Source: Bacteroidota bacterium (GTDB lineage Bacteria; Bacteroidota; Bacteroidia; Chitinophagales; LD1). From it: 64,000 nucleotides of DNA. Shown piece by piece: positions 47,001 to 56,041 of the stretch. Below the pieces are notes generated by a model that was not told where the DNA came from, made no database searches, and saw nothing but the letters and a program-made list of their open reading frames with translations. A program made the translations under genes and the position numbers. The DNA lies in assembly GCA_947478005.1 (NCBI GenBank), contig CANJVG010000004.1, positions 3,092 through 67,091 of the forward strand, in the 5' to 3' direction. Numbering within the stretch: position 1 is the first letter of the stretch; each line of letters begins with the position of its first letter.

Positions 47001-48906
47001 TGCTTCGGTCAAGAGTATTAATAATTTGCTGGAGGCCAATGGTTCTGTTTCTATCGACCCCCTGCATCCCGATTTGAATATTGATGTTAAGGCACCGCAC
47101 CTCGGTCTTAGCTTTCTAAACTATAAATTTTTTGACCGGTATGTAAAGAATTGCAGGGGCTATGCAGAGGTGGATGCTACGGTAAGAGGTACACTTAAAA
47201 AGCCTTTGTTGGGCGGTTCGGTAACTTTGTTGAATGATACGGTAACGGTTTCTTTTCTGAATACCACTTATCGTATTCAAAAACACAAGGTGCTGTTGGA
47301 TGACCACGGTTTTAATATTGGCAATCTTACGATTTTCGATGTAAACAATAATCCTATTTATGGCACCGGAAGAATCAACCACGAAAGCTTCCGTTTGTTT
47401 GCATTAGATCTTGAGGTGAATACAGAAAACGGTCAGTTCATCAATACCACGGCTGCCCAGAGTCCTGGTTTTTATGGAATTGCCTTTGGTAAAGGCAGGA
47501 TTAGTTTCGATGGTGATATTAATAGCCCTACTATATCGGCTTATGCGCAAACAAAGCCCGGCACTCATTGTAAGCTTCCGATTAATTCTTCCTATGAAAT
47601 TAATAAGTATGGGTTTTACAGGTTTACGAATAATGAGGACAAGCGAAAGACGGCTGTTGTTATCAGCCCACAATTAAAACTTAGCGGTGTTCATTTTATT
47701 CTGGAACTGGATGCTACTCCTGATGCCCGTATGGACATTATTCTTGACCCGGCTTCGGGTGATATGCTGACCACCTATGGTAGCGGTTCTTTGCGTATTG
47801 AAATTCCGCGAAACGGTGCCACTACTATAACGGGCAATTATGAAATTGACAGAGGAAGTTATCTCTTTACCCTGCAGAACATTATCAATAAGAAGTTCGA
47901 TATTCAGCGGGGGAGCTCTATCTATTTTCCGGGAGAAGTTTATAAAGCGCAGTTGAATGTAAATGCTGTGTATCAATTGAGAAGTTCTGTAAGCGATTTA
48001 ATAGATGAGGATATTAAAAGTCAATCTACGACTTCAAACGGTACTCCCAACGCAAACAGTCCCGCTTCAGTGGCAGCCCGCAGCCGTATTCCTATCCAGT
48101 TGTGGTTAAATCTTACAGGGGTGCTTGAACGGCCCAATATTGCTTTTGATATAAAAGCCATTGACCCGGACCCTACGATTAAGAGTTATGTGGATCAGCG
48201 GTTGACCCAGTTGAAAGCAAATGAGTCGGATATGAATAAGCAAGTGTTTGGCTTGTTGTTGATGAATCGTTTTTTGCCTGCTAACGCCAGCGCTACTGAT
48301 TTAGTAAGCAAAGGCAACTATGCTGGCGGAACTGCTGCCAATACGGTGAGCGAGTTTCTGTCTTCTCAGCTTTCCAATTATCTCAGCAATTTGTTTGGCT
48401 ACACAGGCAACAGCGCCTTACAAAATCTGGACATTAATTTGGGTTACCGACAGTATGACCAATCCACTACTTACACCGACCCGAACAACACCGGCTCTCA
48501 AACCTCGCAGCAAACCTTAGATACCCGCAGAGAGTTACAGCTGGCCTTGCAGCAGCGATTGTTGAATAACCGCTTGACGATAAATGCCGGTGGCAATATT
48601 GATTTTGGGAACTCTACTAATTATGACGCTGGTACTGCCACTTCTAAAAGCACTGTGATACCCACGGGAGATTTTCAAATTCAATATGCTCTGACCCCCG
48701 ATGGAAGCTGGAGCGCCAAGGCTTTTAACCGAACTAATTACGATTACTTTAACTCGCGCAACACCAATCGCACAGGAGTAGGGCTTTCTTACCGAAGAGA
48801 GTTTGATAAGCCTTCGGAACTACTACCTAAGCGCAAACCAAAGGCACCTAAAAAGAAAAAAGGCAAAGATGATCTGCCTGCTGCCGAAATAGCACCGGCT
48901 AAATAG
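44026..48906 (+). CDS. TamB-like translocation and assembly module protein (DUF490 family)
   Basis: 1626 aa. A single N-terminal TM helix, a long beta-rich body, and a conserved C-terminal region. Divergent from tsaD. The TTG start is uncertain. Confidence 0.75.
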   Translation: MIKKVFRIFLIVLLVLFVLLGAFLFALRYPTVQTYIAQRFALILSKSLETKVSIDRVEISFFNKADLVNFYLEDHNKDTLISARELKIEFKVFDLWNQKINVSRILLDGGTVHLHLDSTGKKMNLTELFKKFGTTKTKTDTAKTAFKWNLDLKELELREIDFRYLDDKSHTDIKVLVPSGLMAMNSVSLAKKIIDIKSIHLDGIDVRIDLMKREKTPDDDSILHVHFMTGGMQLKFDELAITHTRFRMDDHNSDTILPQGMDFKHLDVSEINLLAQNGSIIADTILTSVKNLSAKERSGFELNHLITEARVTANEVTLNKLDLKTSNSSIRDYLSFRFRAYHDFKDFLNAIRIKANFDGTKFSLKDLNYFVRKLDKVAHNTVTVSGAIDGRINNLKGRGIEIKAGNNTVFKGDFYTRGLPNIYETSLNVRVSRLATTVEDIHRFYPDIKLPSNLSTLGLIYYTGSLDGFLTDFVSNGKLVTALGSATTDLNFKYDKKKNKASYSGELALNQFDLGKYFQNEVNLGKVSLNTRIKGGGLTLESLHAELDGNISSIVLRGYDYRDIKVNGFVTKKSFTGSLNIHDEFLDMDFNGNADLSKEKPAFKFDADIRKAQLKNLNLSKVNYGIAGNVKLDVVGVKADDLIGTIDLHDMTITRDTVEAHINSFTLNAKLLAADKKEITINSDFMDGELHGNFSFQQLPKALLNFARYTYMKDYVDTSLFTTPQNFSLDFAIYEPGNLTQIIHPSFYKIRNSRIKGDFNSVDHKVNLNVFVPELTFGSYNVLRTNINTHADNGMLDLRSSIDKVYNGDSLMLDTVNLLIKTLDNNNVRFDVLVADKKKYNYANLTAFLTPQHGNATVRLDPSDVKLGNYNWHFDANNSIFVEGKKIVTNNLAFRTYDQTIYISSYLKDDTSTCFKLTLDNTDVSDFTGIFTKKIKDMSGAMNGKLVVEDMFYKPKVFADVVVNEFMLGKELIGDIELQSQLDDSGKKIQIHASVKSINNLLEANGSVSIDPLHPDLNIDVKAPHLGLSFLNYKFFDRYVKNCRGYAEVDATVRGTLKKPLLGGSVTLLNDTVTVSFLNTTYRIQKHKVLLDDHGFNIGNLTIFDVNNNPIYGTGRINHESFRLFALDLEVNTENGQFINTTAAQSPGFYGIAFGKGRISFDGDINSPTISAYAQTKPGTHCKLPINSSYEINKYGFYRFTNNEDKRKTAVVISPQLKLSGVHFILELDATPDARMDIILDPASGDMLTTYGSGSLRIEIPRNGATTITGNYEIDRGSYLFTLQNIINKKFDIQRGSSIYFPGEVYKAQLNVNAVYQLRSSVSDLIDEDIKSQSTTSNGTPNANSPASVAARSRIPIQLWLNLTGVLERPNIAFDIKAIDPDPTIKSYVDQRLTQLKANESDMNKQVFGLLLMNRFLPANASATDLVSKGNYAGGTAANTVSEFLSSQLSNYLSNLFGYTGNSALQNLDINLGYRQYDQSTTYTDPNNTGSQTSQQTLDTRRELQLALQQRLLNNRLTINAGGNIDFGNSTNYDAGTATSKSTVIPTGDFQIQYALTPDGSWSAKAFNRTNYDYFNSRNTNRTGVGLSYRREFDKPSELLPKRKPKAPKKKKGKDDLPAAEIAPAK

Positions 48907-48958
48907 AGAGCCGTCAAAAGGCAGGCAAAATACAATTTACTGAAGGTAAATAAGGGGG

Positions 48959-49177
48959 CTACGGCATATTTACATGCGCTTGTCCCGTATAGATTGCCCA
49001 GGCAATTAAACCTACTATACCTACCATGATTACCCATGATATTTTGCTGGCAAAGTTCAAGGTCCAGCCGAAGATGGGAATCTGTTTAGGAACGATGATT
49101 CGCGGGTCGGCAGGGTCGTAGTAAAAGAGACCCCACTTCTTCCAGGGATTAGGTTCGTTTTTGTTTTCGGTAGCCAT
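48959..49177 (-). CDS. small membrane protein (DUF5808-like motif)
   Basis: 72 aa. FGWTLNFA followed by one TM helix (WVIMVGIVGLIAWAIY). The family call is from memory only. Confidence 0.4.
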   Translation of the reverse strand: MATENKNEPNPWKKWGLFYYDPADPRIIVPKQIPIFGWTLNFASKISWVIMVGIVGLIAWAIYTGQAHVNMP

Positions 49178-49869
49178 TCTGATTTGGTTTTGTATACCAA
49201 AGATATAAAAAGCACCCGAAGGTGTTATTCCCTTTGTAAACCTAAAAGTACGAGGAGCTTAGATATTTGACAAGGAAGATGGTGTTGCTATCATATTATG
49301 CATTCGAAAGTTTGGCTACGACCTTAAACATTGCAAATAAGCCGTTTATTCCGTGGGTTGGGCCTCTCATCCCATGGGGTGAGCTTCGTATTCTATGTAG
49401 TGAGACAATCAATGAATGGAATAAACATAAATTCAAGGTATTAGCTACTTAGGCTCAAATGGTCGGATTTGGGCTCGTTCTTGCCAAATCACAGATTTTT
49501 AGGTTGGCTATAAAGAATTTTTGCTCATACCTGAATGTGTGAATTTTGCAATTCTTCTTCAGAATTGTGTAATGGCGATGGTGCGCTCCGGCACACATTT
49601 GCACCCTTTCCGAGAGTTATGGATTTGGCCGTATTAAGCTAAAATTTTCGGCAGTTTAGCAAGGCCTATTGATGAATAAGAAACAAAACAAGTAACCAGT
49701 TTTTTTTCTGACAAAGAATATCATCAAAGGTGATTTTAATCATGCTATACTGTCTGTTAACGAAGGTTATTTGCTGTTGAAATTTATAGCGAAAGAAGAT
49801 GAATTTTTAGAGAAATTTTTTAAACGTCTTATCAAAATTTTAGTAACGATTTTTTCAAAAAACAACTTT

Positions 49870-51189
49870 ATGAAAAGAATTAAAAAGGGCTTTATCGCCA
49901 TCGCAGCCTCTGTAGGAATTATTCTATCCCTACCTTATTGCACCAGACATGATCAGGTGCTGGATACCACTCCACCGGTATTAGTTACTGATACTTTATA
50001 TTCTGTGCCCGGCACAGCTACTCTTCAGCCTCAGGGTCCCGGCCATGCATGGGATGGAAGTATTGAAAGTGTTTGGAACAATGCCCCAAAATTGCAGGTG
50101 AAGGCAGTAGTGCCTGATGTGCCTGTAGAATTTGATGGTTTTATCGGTAATTCTTCGGATGTAACTATCCAGTCATTATATGACGCTAACAATATTTACT
50201 ACTTAGTTGAATTTACCTCTCCAAGAGCTTATAATTCAAGCGCGCTTTGGTACTTTAACTCAACTACAAAACGTTGGGCTCAGGAAACAGGTGGCCCAGC
50301 CTTGAATACAGATGGCAGCTACCGTCCTCCTTTTCAACAAGACGGATTTACTTTTGCATGGAATATCGACCATTCTACACAGAAGTTTAACACATTAAGC
50401 TGCTACGCAACCTGTCATGAGAGAACAACCTGGGGAGCCGGCACAGCAACAGAAGGTGCTACCATGCACACCAACGGGCCAAACGAAAGATTGGACTGCT
50501 GGAGATGCCGCACTTTACAAGGAGGTGCGCTTAATCAGGCAAACGATGTTTGGATTGATGACGGAGCAGGTTCATATCCATCAGCAAGCGGTACTTTAGA
50601 TAAAAATCAATTCCACAACGATTGGCAAGAACGCAATGGAACAGCCTCTACAGTTCCTCCTGCACTTCGCTCACCGGGGTATGCTGCCGATGGTGGATTC
50701 ACCAATCGTCAATCGCTTCAATTAACAGGTACTACTGGTTCTACCAATAAAGTAAACGTTCCTATCTGGTTAGACCCTAATGGAAACTATACAGGCAGTC
50801 TGATTATGATATCAGATACTATGAGCAAATGCAAAAAAGTTACTGCTGTTGACACTTTTGGAGTACTTACTTTGGCTGATGGTTCAACCGTTGACCCTGC
50901 TACAGGAAGCGATTACAAACAAATCGGTTCTGGCAACGGTGCTAAATGTATTCCAAGCACCGTAGCCGATATTTACACCGGTAGCCGTGCTGATGTAACA
51001 ATGAATCAGTACTACACCGGTTCAAGTTGGAGAATGTTGTTTAAACGCGCCTTAAAAACTGCCGACACTCAAAATGATGTTGACTTCTCTCCCTTAGAAG
51101 ACTTGCCATTCGGTATTGGGGTGATGTTTATGGGTGCTAACGGACAGCATGCTATAGTTGCCGGTTTGACACAACACTTTAGAAAATAA
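49870..51189 (+). CDS. lipoprotein with EB_dh/DOMON-like (cytochrome c-552/DMSO-reductase gamma-like) heme-binding domain
   Basis: Start moved to the ATG at 49870. Lipobox LSLPYC. WDGSIESVWNNAPKLQV...DVTIQSLYDANNIYYLVEF...DGFTFAWN resembles the EB_dh domain pattern. Contains CYATCH. Confidence 0.45.
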   Translation: MKRIKKGFIAIAASVGIILSLPYCTRHDQVLDTTPPVLVTDTLYSVPGTATLQPQGPGHAWDGSIESVWNNAPKLQVKAVVPDVPVEFDGFIGNSSDVTIQSLYDANNIYYLVEFTSPRAYNSSALWYFNSTTKRWAQETGGPALNTDGSYRPPFQQDGFTFAWNIDHSTQKFNTLSCYATCHERTTWGAGTATEGATMHTNGPNERLDCWRCRTLQGGALNQANDVWIDDGAGSYPSASGTLDKNQFHNDWQERNGTASTVPPALRSPGYAADGGFTNRQSLQLTGTTGSTNKVNVPIWLDPNGNYTGSLIMISDTMSKCKKVTAVDTFGVLTLADGSTVDPATGSDYKQIGSGNGAKCIPSTVADIYTGSRADVTMNQYYTGSSWRMLFKRALKTADTQNDVDFSPLEDLPFGIGVMFMGANGQHAIVAGLTQHFRK

Positions 51190-51282
51190 GGAGGTTAACC
51201 ATTTGAAGATTTGAGGACCTGGTGCCTTAAATATGAAGGGGCAGAGGTCTTCAAATCTTCGAATCAAAACAACAACTTAATC

Positions 51283-51669
51283 ATGAGAAATATAAAAATA
51301 ACAGCGGTTATAATAGGCTTGTTGTTTATGGCAAGTTGTGTAAAAGACGACACGGTGATTATTCAGCCAGTGGTTACGAAAACAGTCTCTTTCAAAAAGG
51401 ACCTGGTTCCTCTTTTTACCAAAAACTGCGCTTTAGGTGGCTGTCATAATGATGGAGGTAAAGCACCGGTTTTAACCAGTGCTAAAGCTTATAATTCGTT
51501 GAAAGCCGATGCTGCCTATATCAATGTCAGCCATCCGGAAAACAGCGAACTATACCAGTTCTTAACCGGTAAGCTTAGCCCTGCAATGCCGATGGGAGCA
51601 AGTACTAACCCAGGTAACCTCAATGCCTATGTGCTGGCGTGGATAAAACAAGGTGCTAAAAACAATTAG
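51283..51669 (+). CDS. small lipoprotein with C-x4-CH motif
   Basis: Start moved to the ATG at 51283. Lipobox LFMASC. LVPLFTKNCALGGCHNDGG resembles planctomycete-type cytochrome-like (PSCyt) motifs, but the Cys spacing is x4, not x2. Confidence 0.4.
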   Translation: MRNIKITAVIIGLLFMASCVKDDTVIIQPVVTKTVSFKKDLVPLFTKNCALGGCHNDGGKAPVLTSAKAYNSLKADAAYINVSHPENSELYQFLTGKLSPAMPMGASTNPGNLNAYVLAWIKQGAKNN

Positions 51670-51695
51670 AATTCTAAACAACTAAAATCAGAAGT

Positions 51696-52643
51696 ATGAA
51701 AAATATGAAAATGAAAATGAGGCCACGCTTACAGCTTATGGCTATCTTTTTACTCCTTTCAGCGGGTGTGAACGGATTGTTGGCTGAGGGTGCGGTGGCT
51801 GATAGCACCGGAGCTAAACACTGTGGTAAGCTGATGGAGAAATTCCGGGCTATGAAACCCGTTAAATACACCTTTGACGACAACTATGTGTTGGACAATC
51901 AGAGTGTTATTGTAAACCGTAAAAAGTCTATCTCCTTCGACCTGCAACACCGGTTTGGTGTGGTTACTAATGGTTATAAAGATTTTCTGGGTATATTCAG
52001 TGCAGCCAATATACGTATTGGTATGAGCGGAGTGCCTTGCGATAATTTGGCCTTGGGTTGGGGATTTAATAAGTATAACCTGACTTGGGATTTTAACGGC
52101 AAATATGCGCTTATGCGTCAGTCGGAAAAAGGAAAAGGAATTTGGCCTTTGAGCATTACCGTGTTCGGAAATATAGCGGTAGATTCACGCAATAAGAAGA
52201 ACTTTGTTCGTGGGGTTGACCGTCTTTCCTACTTCGGACAGATTTTGATTGCCCGCAAGATAACAAAGCATTTCTCGCTACAGGTTGGAGCCGATGTTTC
52301 ATGGTTTAATAATGTAGAAGCCTACATCAATACCAAAGGTGAAATAATACCGAAGAGAAATAACGAGCACTTTGCTGTGTCTGTAATGGCGCGTTACAAA
52401 TTCACGGATAAGATTGGAATACTCATTAACTACGACCAACCGCTGACTAAGCACCTTACCGATAATCCTCACCCTAATTTAGGCATCGGTCTTGAGTTTG
52501 CTACAGCAGGCCACGACTTTCAGGTTACCTTCTCTAACTTCAGCTATTTAATTCCGCAGGTAAACAACTTCTATAATCAGAATGATTATAAGAAAGGGGC
52601 CTTCTGCATAGGGTTCAATATGTCGAGGTTGTGGTTATTGTAG
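51696..52643 (+). CDS. putative outer-membrane beta-barrel protein (DUF5777-like)
   Basis: 315 aa. Signal peptide, alternating hydrophobic beta-strand pattern, and a hydrophobic/aromatic-rich C-terminus (...MSRLWLL). The family name is from memory. Confidence 0.45.
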   Translation: MKNMKMKMRPRLQLMAIFLLLSAGVNGLLAEGAVADSTGAKHCGKLMEKFRAMKPVKYTFDDNYVLDNQSVIVNRKKSISFDLQHRFGVVTNGYKDFLGIFSAANIRIGMSGVPCDNLALGWGFNKYNLTWDFNGKYALMRQSEKGKGIWPLSITVFGNIAVDSRNKKNFVRGVDRLSYFGQILIARKITKHFSLQVGADVSWFNNVEAYINTKGEIIPKRNNEHFAVSVMARYKFTDKIGILINYDQPLTKHLTDNPHPNLGIGLEFATAGHDFQVTFSNFSYLIPQVNNFYNQNDYKKGAFCIGFNMSRLWLL

Positions 52644-52752
52644 TTTAAAAAGAGAATTCAGCCTCCGGCCATTGCTCTCAAAAGTTCCTCTCACAATCGG
52701 TGAGGGGGACTTTTAAGAACCTACCACCAATCACCTTTAAAAATCAGGTATC

Positions 52753-53691
52753 ATGGAATCAGATAAATTTTCACGGAAGGATTTTATAAAATTCACTGCT
52801 GTAACAAGTGCCATCACGGCTTTATACAGTTCACCGCTTGGAGTAGGAGCAGAAGGTGCTGCCAAGGCAGGTGAAAAAGTGAAAGTACTTACCATTGATG
52901 GAAAATTAATGGAAGTGGACAAAGCCTCTCTTACGCTTTCTACTCAATCTCTCAGCGAGCAAACCAACGTCAATAAATTGAAGGCAAGGGAAGGTGTGAA
53001 AGGACGTAAATGGGTAATGGTCATCGACCTAGCCCGTTGCAAACATGCTTTAGCTTGTCAACGGGCATGTAACAAACACCACGATATGCCTGAAGACCCT
53101 GCCTATTTGAATGTGTATGAAATGAAAGATGCCCCAGACACTGCCCCGTACTGGATGCCCAAAACATGCTTCCACTGTGACCGTCCGGCTTGTGTATCGG
53201 TTTGTCCTGTAGATGCCACCTTTAAGCGTGAGGATGGAATTGTGTTGATTGATAACGAACGGTGTATCGGTTGTCGGTTCTGTATGGCAGCCTGCCCTTA
53301 CTCTACCCGAGTATTTAACTGGAATGAACCCGAACAGAAAATAGATATACTAAACATGGCCTATGACCCCGAATTAGGCCTGCCGAGAAAAATGGGAACT
53401 GTAGAGAAATGTGATTTCTGTCCCGATATGCTTTCCATTGGCAAACTTACACCATGTGCAGAAGCCTGCCCTAACGGAGTTTATTTTGTAGGCGACAAGA
53501 ATGAAGATACTGTAACCAATGGAAGCGAAACTTTCCGTTTTTCTGAATTGGTTAAGAATAAAGCCGGATATCGCTATATGGAGGATTTGGGCACGGAACC
53601 CAGTGTGTATTATCTACCAGCAGTTGACAGAATGGTTCCGTTTAACGAAACCGATAAGCAACTGGATGAAAAGGTAGACGGCAAAAAATAA
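52753..53691 (+). CDS. Tat-exported 4Fe-4S ferredoxin-type subunit (NrfC/PsrB/DsrO-like)
   Basis: 312 aa. Tat-like SRKDFIKF plus a hydrophobic region. Cys groups: CKHALACQRAC, CFHCDRPACVSVCP, CIGCRFCMAACP, CDFCPDM...CAEACP. Confidence 0.8.
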   Translation: MESDKFSRKDFIKFTAVTSAITALYSSPLGVGAEGAAKAGEKVKVLTIDGKLMEVDKASLTLSTQSLSEQTNVNKLKAREGVKGRKWVMVIDLARCKHALACQRACNKHHDMPEDPAYLNVYEMKDAPDTAPYWMPKTCFHCDRPACVSVCPVDATFKREDGIVLIDNERCIGCRFCMAACPYSTRVFNWNEPEQKIDILNMAYDPELGLPRKMGTVEKCDFCPDMLSIGKLTPCAEACPNGVYFVGDKNEDTVTNGSETFRFSELVKNKAGYRYMEDLGTEPSVYYLPAVDRMVPFNETDKQLDEKVDGKK

Positions 53692-53709
53692 CATTAAATC
53701 TAAAATCAA

Positions 53710-55935
53710 ATGGAAGCCCAAATTAGCATAGAAGAGCTCACCAGAGATCTTCAGCCCAGAAAGTTCGGAATCAGCGGTCAGTTATGGACAGCACTTTTGT
53801 GTGTGGTCATTCTGAATGGATTGGTTTCGTATTATTTTCAGTTAAGAGATGGTCTTTGCATTACCGGCATGAGCAACTCGGTAAGTTGGGGTATTTATAT
53901 TTCGAATTTCGTGTTTTTCGTAGCCATCAGCCTTGTAGGCTCGCTTATTAGTGCCATTCTGAAACTGAGCAATGCTAAATGGAGTATTCCTCTTACCAGA
54001 ATTGCTGAAATAATCGCGGTTGCCAATATCGCCTTTGCCGGTCTTATTATCATTGTAGATATGGGCAGGCCTGACCGCATATTCAATCTCTTTACTCATG
54101 GTAGAATTCAGTCTCCAATTGTATGGGATGTATTGGTAGTAACCACTTATCTTGCTATCAGCACTCTTTTGTTATATATTCCTTTGCTTCCTGATTTGGC
54201 TATTCTTCGTGAAAATATGAAAGGATTACCTAAATGGCAGCACAGGTTGTACAGCATTCTCTCACTTGGATGGAAAGGCAGCGAAGAGCAATACGATATT
54301 TTACATAAATCGGTTAGAACCCTGGCCATTATTATCATACCGGTTGCTTTAGGTATTCACACAGTCACATCGTGGTTGTTTGCTTCTACACTTCGTGGAG
54401 GGTGGAACAGTACTAATTTTGGACCTTACTTCGTGGCTGGAGCGTTTGTTGTCGGGGCGGCATCGGTTATTTCACTGATGTTTGTGGCCAGAAGGCACTA
54501 TCAATTGGAAAAGTACATTACGGATGATTTGTTTGATAAAATGGGCAAATTGCTCGTTATGCTTTCCTTGATTTATACCTACTTTACTATTAACGAGTAC
54601 CTGACTCCGGCATTTAAGATGATGGGTGGAGAACGAGGCTTGATTGAAGATCTTTTTGTAGGAAATTTTGCACCGATGTTTTGGGGAGTACAGATATTCG
54701 GAGTACTTATTCCGGTAGTTGTTATGCTGTTCAAGAAAGGAAGAAAGCCATGGCCTTTATTTATAGTAGCTAATATGACTATAGTAGGCGCTTGGTTTAA
54801 GCGTTATCTGATTGTTATACCTACCTTGTTTCATCCTTATCTTCCAGCAGTTGAACGCAATGGCGTGCCGAAAGCAATTCAGTATATACCCACTTGGAAT
54901 GAATGGTCTATTACTCTTGCTTCACTGGCCGGCTCTCTGCTTATTATCACTATTCTATTCAGATATCTTCCCTTTATAAGTATGTGGGAAATTGCGGAAG
55001 AAGAAGGAATCGACCATGCACACATTAACCCTACTAAGATTAAATCCAGAACCGAAAAACTTATAAAAGTGGTACTCCTTCTGTTTCCGCTAACTATAGT
55101 AGGCAATACTTTGTTAGCGGCTGATAAGGCCTCGCCCAAATTGAGACTTACCTATATTAAGCATATGGGTGGTGCCTATGAAATCAAGGCTAAGGCTTTT
55201 GTGAAAAAGGGAAAGGAAATAACCCCTTGTGCAGGTGCTACCATTGGTTTTTATACGGATGCTGATTATGCAAATGTTTTTGGTAAACAAACCGCTGATG
55301 AGGAAGGACAGACTACATTGCTGATGGACGATAAAGATGCGAATAGATTTAAAGACTCTGCAGGTCATTATAAGTTTTATAGTCGAGTAGAGGAGGATAG
55401 CAAATATGAATCGCAGGAGGCAGATGTGTCTGCATTGAGCGCTGTCATCGATGTTAAACTTGAAAAAGAGAACGACTCCACAAAAACTGTCAAAGCTTCG
55501 GTAACATGTTTTGATGAATCTAACGGTAAGATGATTCCCGGGGTTAAAATACCTTTGAAATTCCTGGTAAAACGGGCAATAGGCTATCTCCCTTTTGGTG
55601 AGGAAATAAATTACACGAATGACTCCGGTCAGGTTGTTGTCAATTTCCCAAATGACATAAAGGGTGACAAAGATGGTAACCTGGTAATTGTAGTGAAGTT
55701 AGAGGAAGATGATAATTATGGTACGGTGCAAAATGAACAAATTATCGCATGGGGACAAAGAACTATGGCAGAAGATAATCCGATTGCAGCACGGTCACTG
55801 ATTGGATCTCGAAATAACGCACCTTGGTTTATGGTTATTGTTATAAACGCAATTTTGATTGGCATCTGGGGGTACCTGTGCTACATTGTTTATGGCTTAT
55901 TCAAAATCAAAAAACTGAGCAATATCAAAAGTTAG
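53710..55935 (+). CDS. NrfD/PsrC-family polytopic membrane subunit fused to ~300-aa C-terminal extension
   Basis: 741 aa. Roughly the first 440 aa are polytopic and NrfD-like. After that come an extra TM helix, two beta-sandwich-like soluble segments and a final TM helix (WFMVIVINAILIGIWGYLCYIVYGLF). Confidence 0.7.
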   Translation: MEAQISIEELTRDLQPRKFGISGQLWTALLCVVILNGLVSYYFQLRDGLCITGMSNSVSWGIYISNFVFFVAISLVGSLISAILKLSNAKWSIPLTRIAEIIAVANIAFAGLIIIVDMGRPDRIFNLFTHGRIQSPIVWDVLVVTTYLAISTLLLYIPLLPDLAILRENMKGLPKWQHRLYSILSLGWKGSEEQYDILHKSVRTLAIIIIPVALGIHTVTSWLFASTLRGGWNSTNFGPYFVAGAFVVGAASVISLMFVARRHYQLEKYITDDLFDKMGKLLVMLSLIYTYFTINEYLTPAFKMMGGERGLIEDLFVGNFAPMFWGVQIFGVLIPVVVMLFKKGRKPWPLFIVANMTIVGAWFKRYLIVIPTLFHPYLPAVERNGVPKAIQYIPTWNEWSITLASLAGSLLIITILFRYLPFISMWEIAEEEGIDHAHINPTKIKSRTEKLIKVVLLLFPLTIVGNTLLAADKASPKLRLTYIKHMGGAYEIKAKAFVKKGKEITPCAGATIGFYTDADYANVFGKQTADEEGQTTLLMDDKDANRFKDSAGHYKFYSRVEEDSKYESQEADVSALSAVIDVKLEKENDSTKTVKASVTCFDESNGKMIPGVKIPLKFLVKRAIGYLPFGEEINYTNDSGQVVVNFPNDIKGDKDGNLVIVVKLEEDDNYGTVQNEQIIAWGQRTMAEDNPIAARSLIGSRNNAPWFMVIVINAILIGIWGYLCYIVYGLFKIKKLSNIKS

Positions 55936-56041
55936 TAGTTTAAGAATCGCGTGCTTTGGTGGCACGATACTTGACTTAACTCTACGCTTTATTATATCCA
56001 TATAATTAAGACTATTTTCTAACTCAAAAACAATAAACAAA

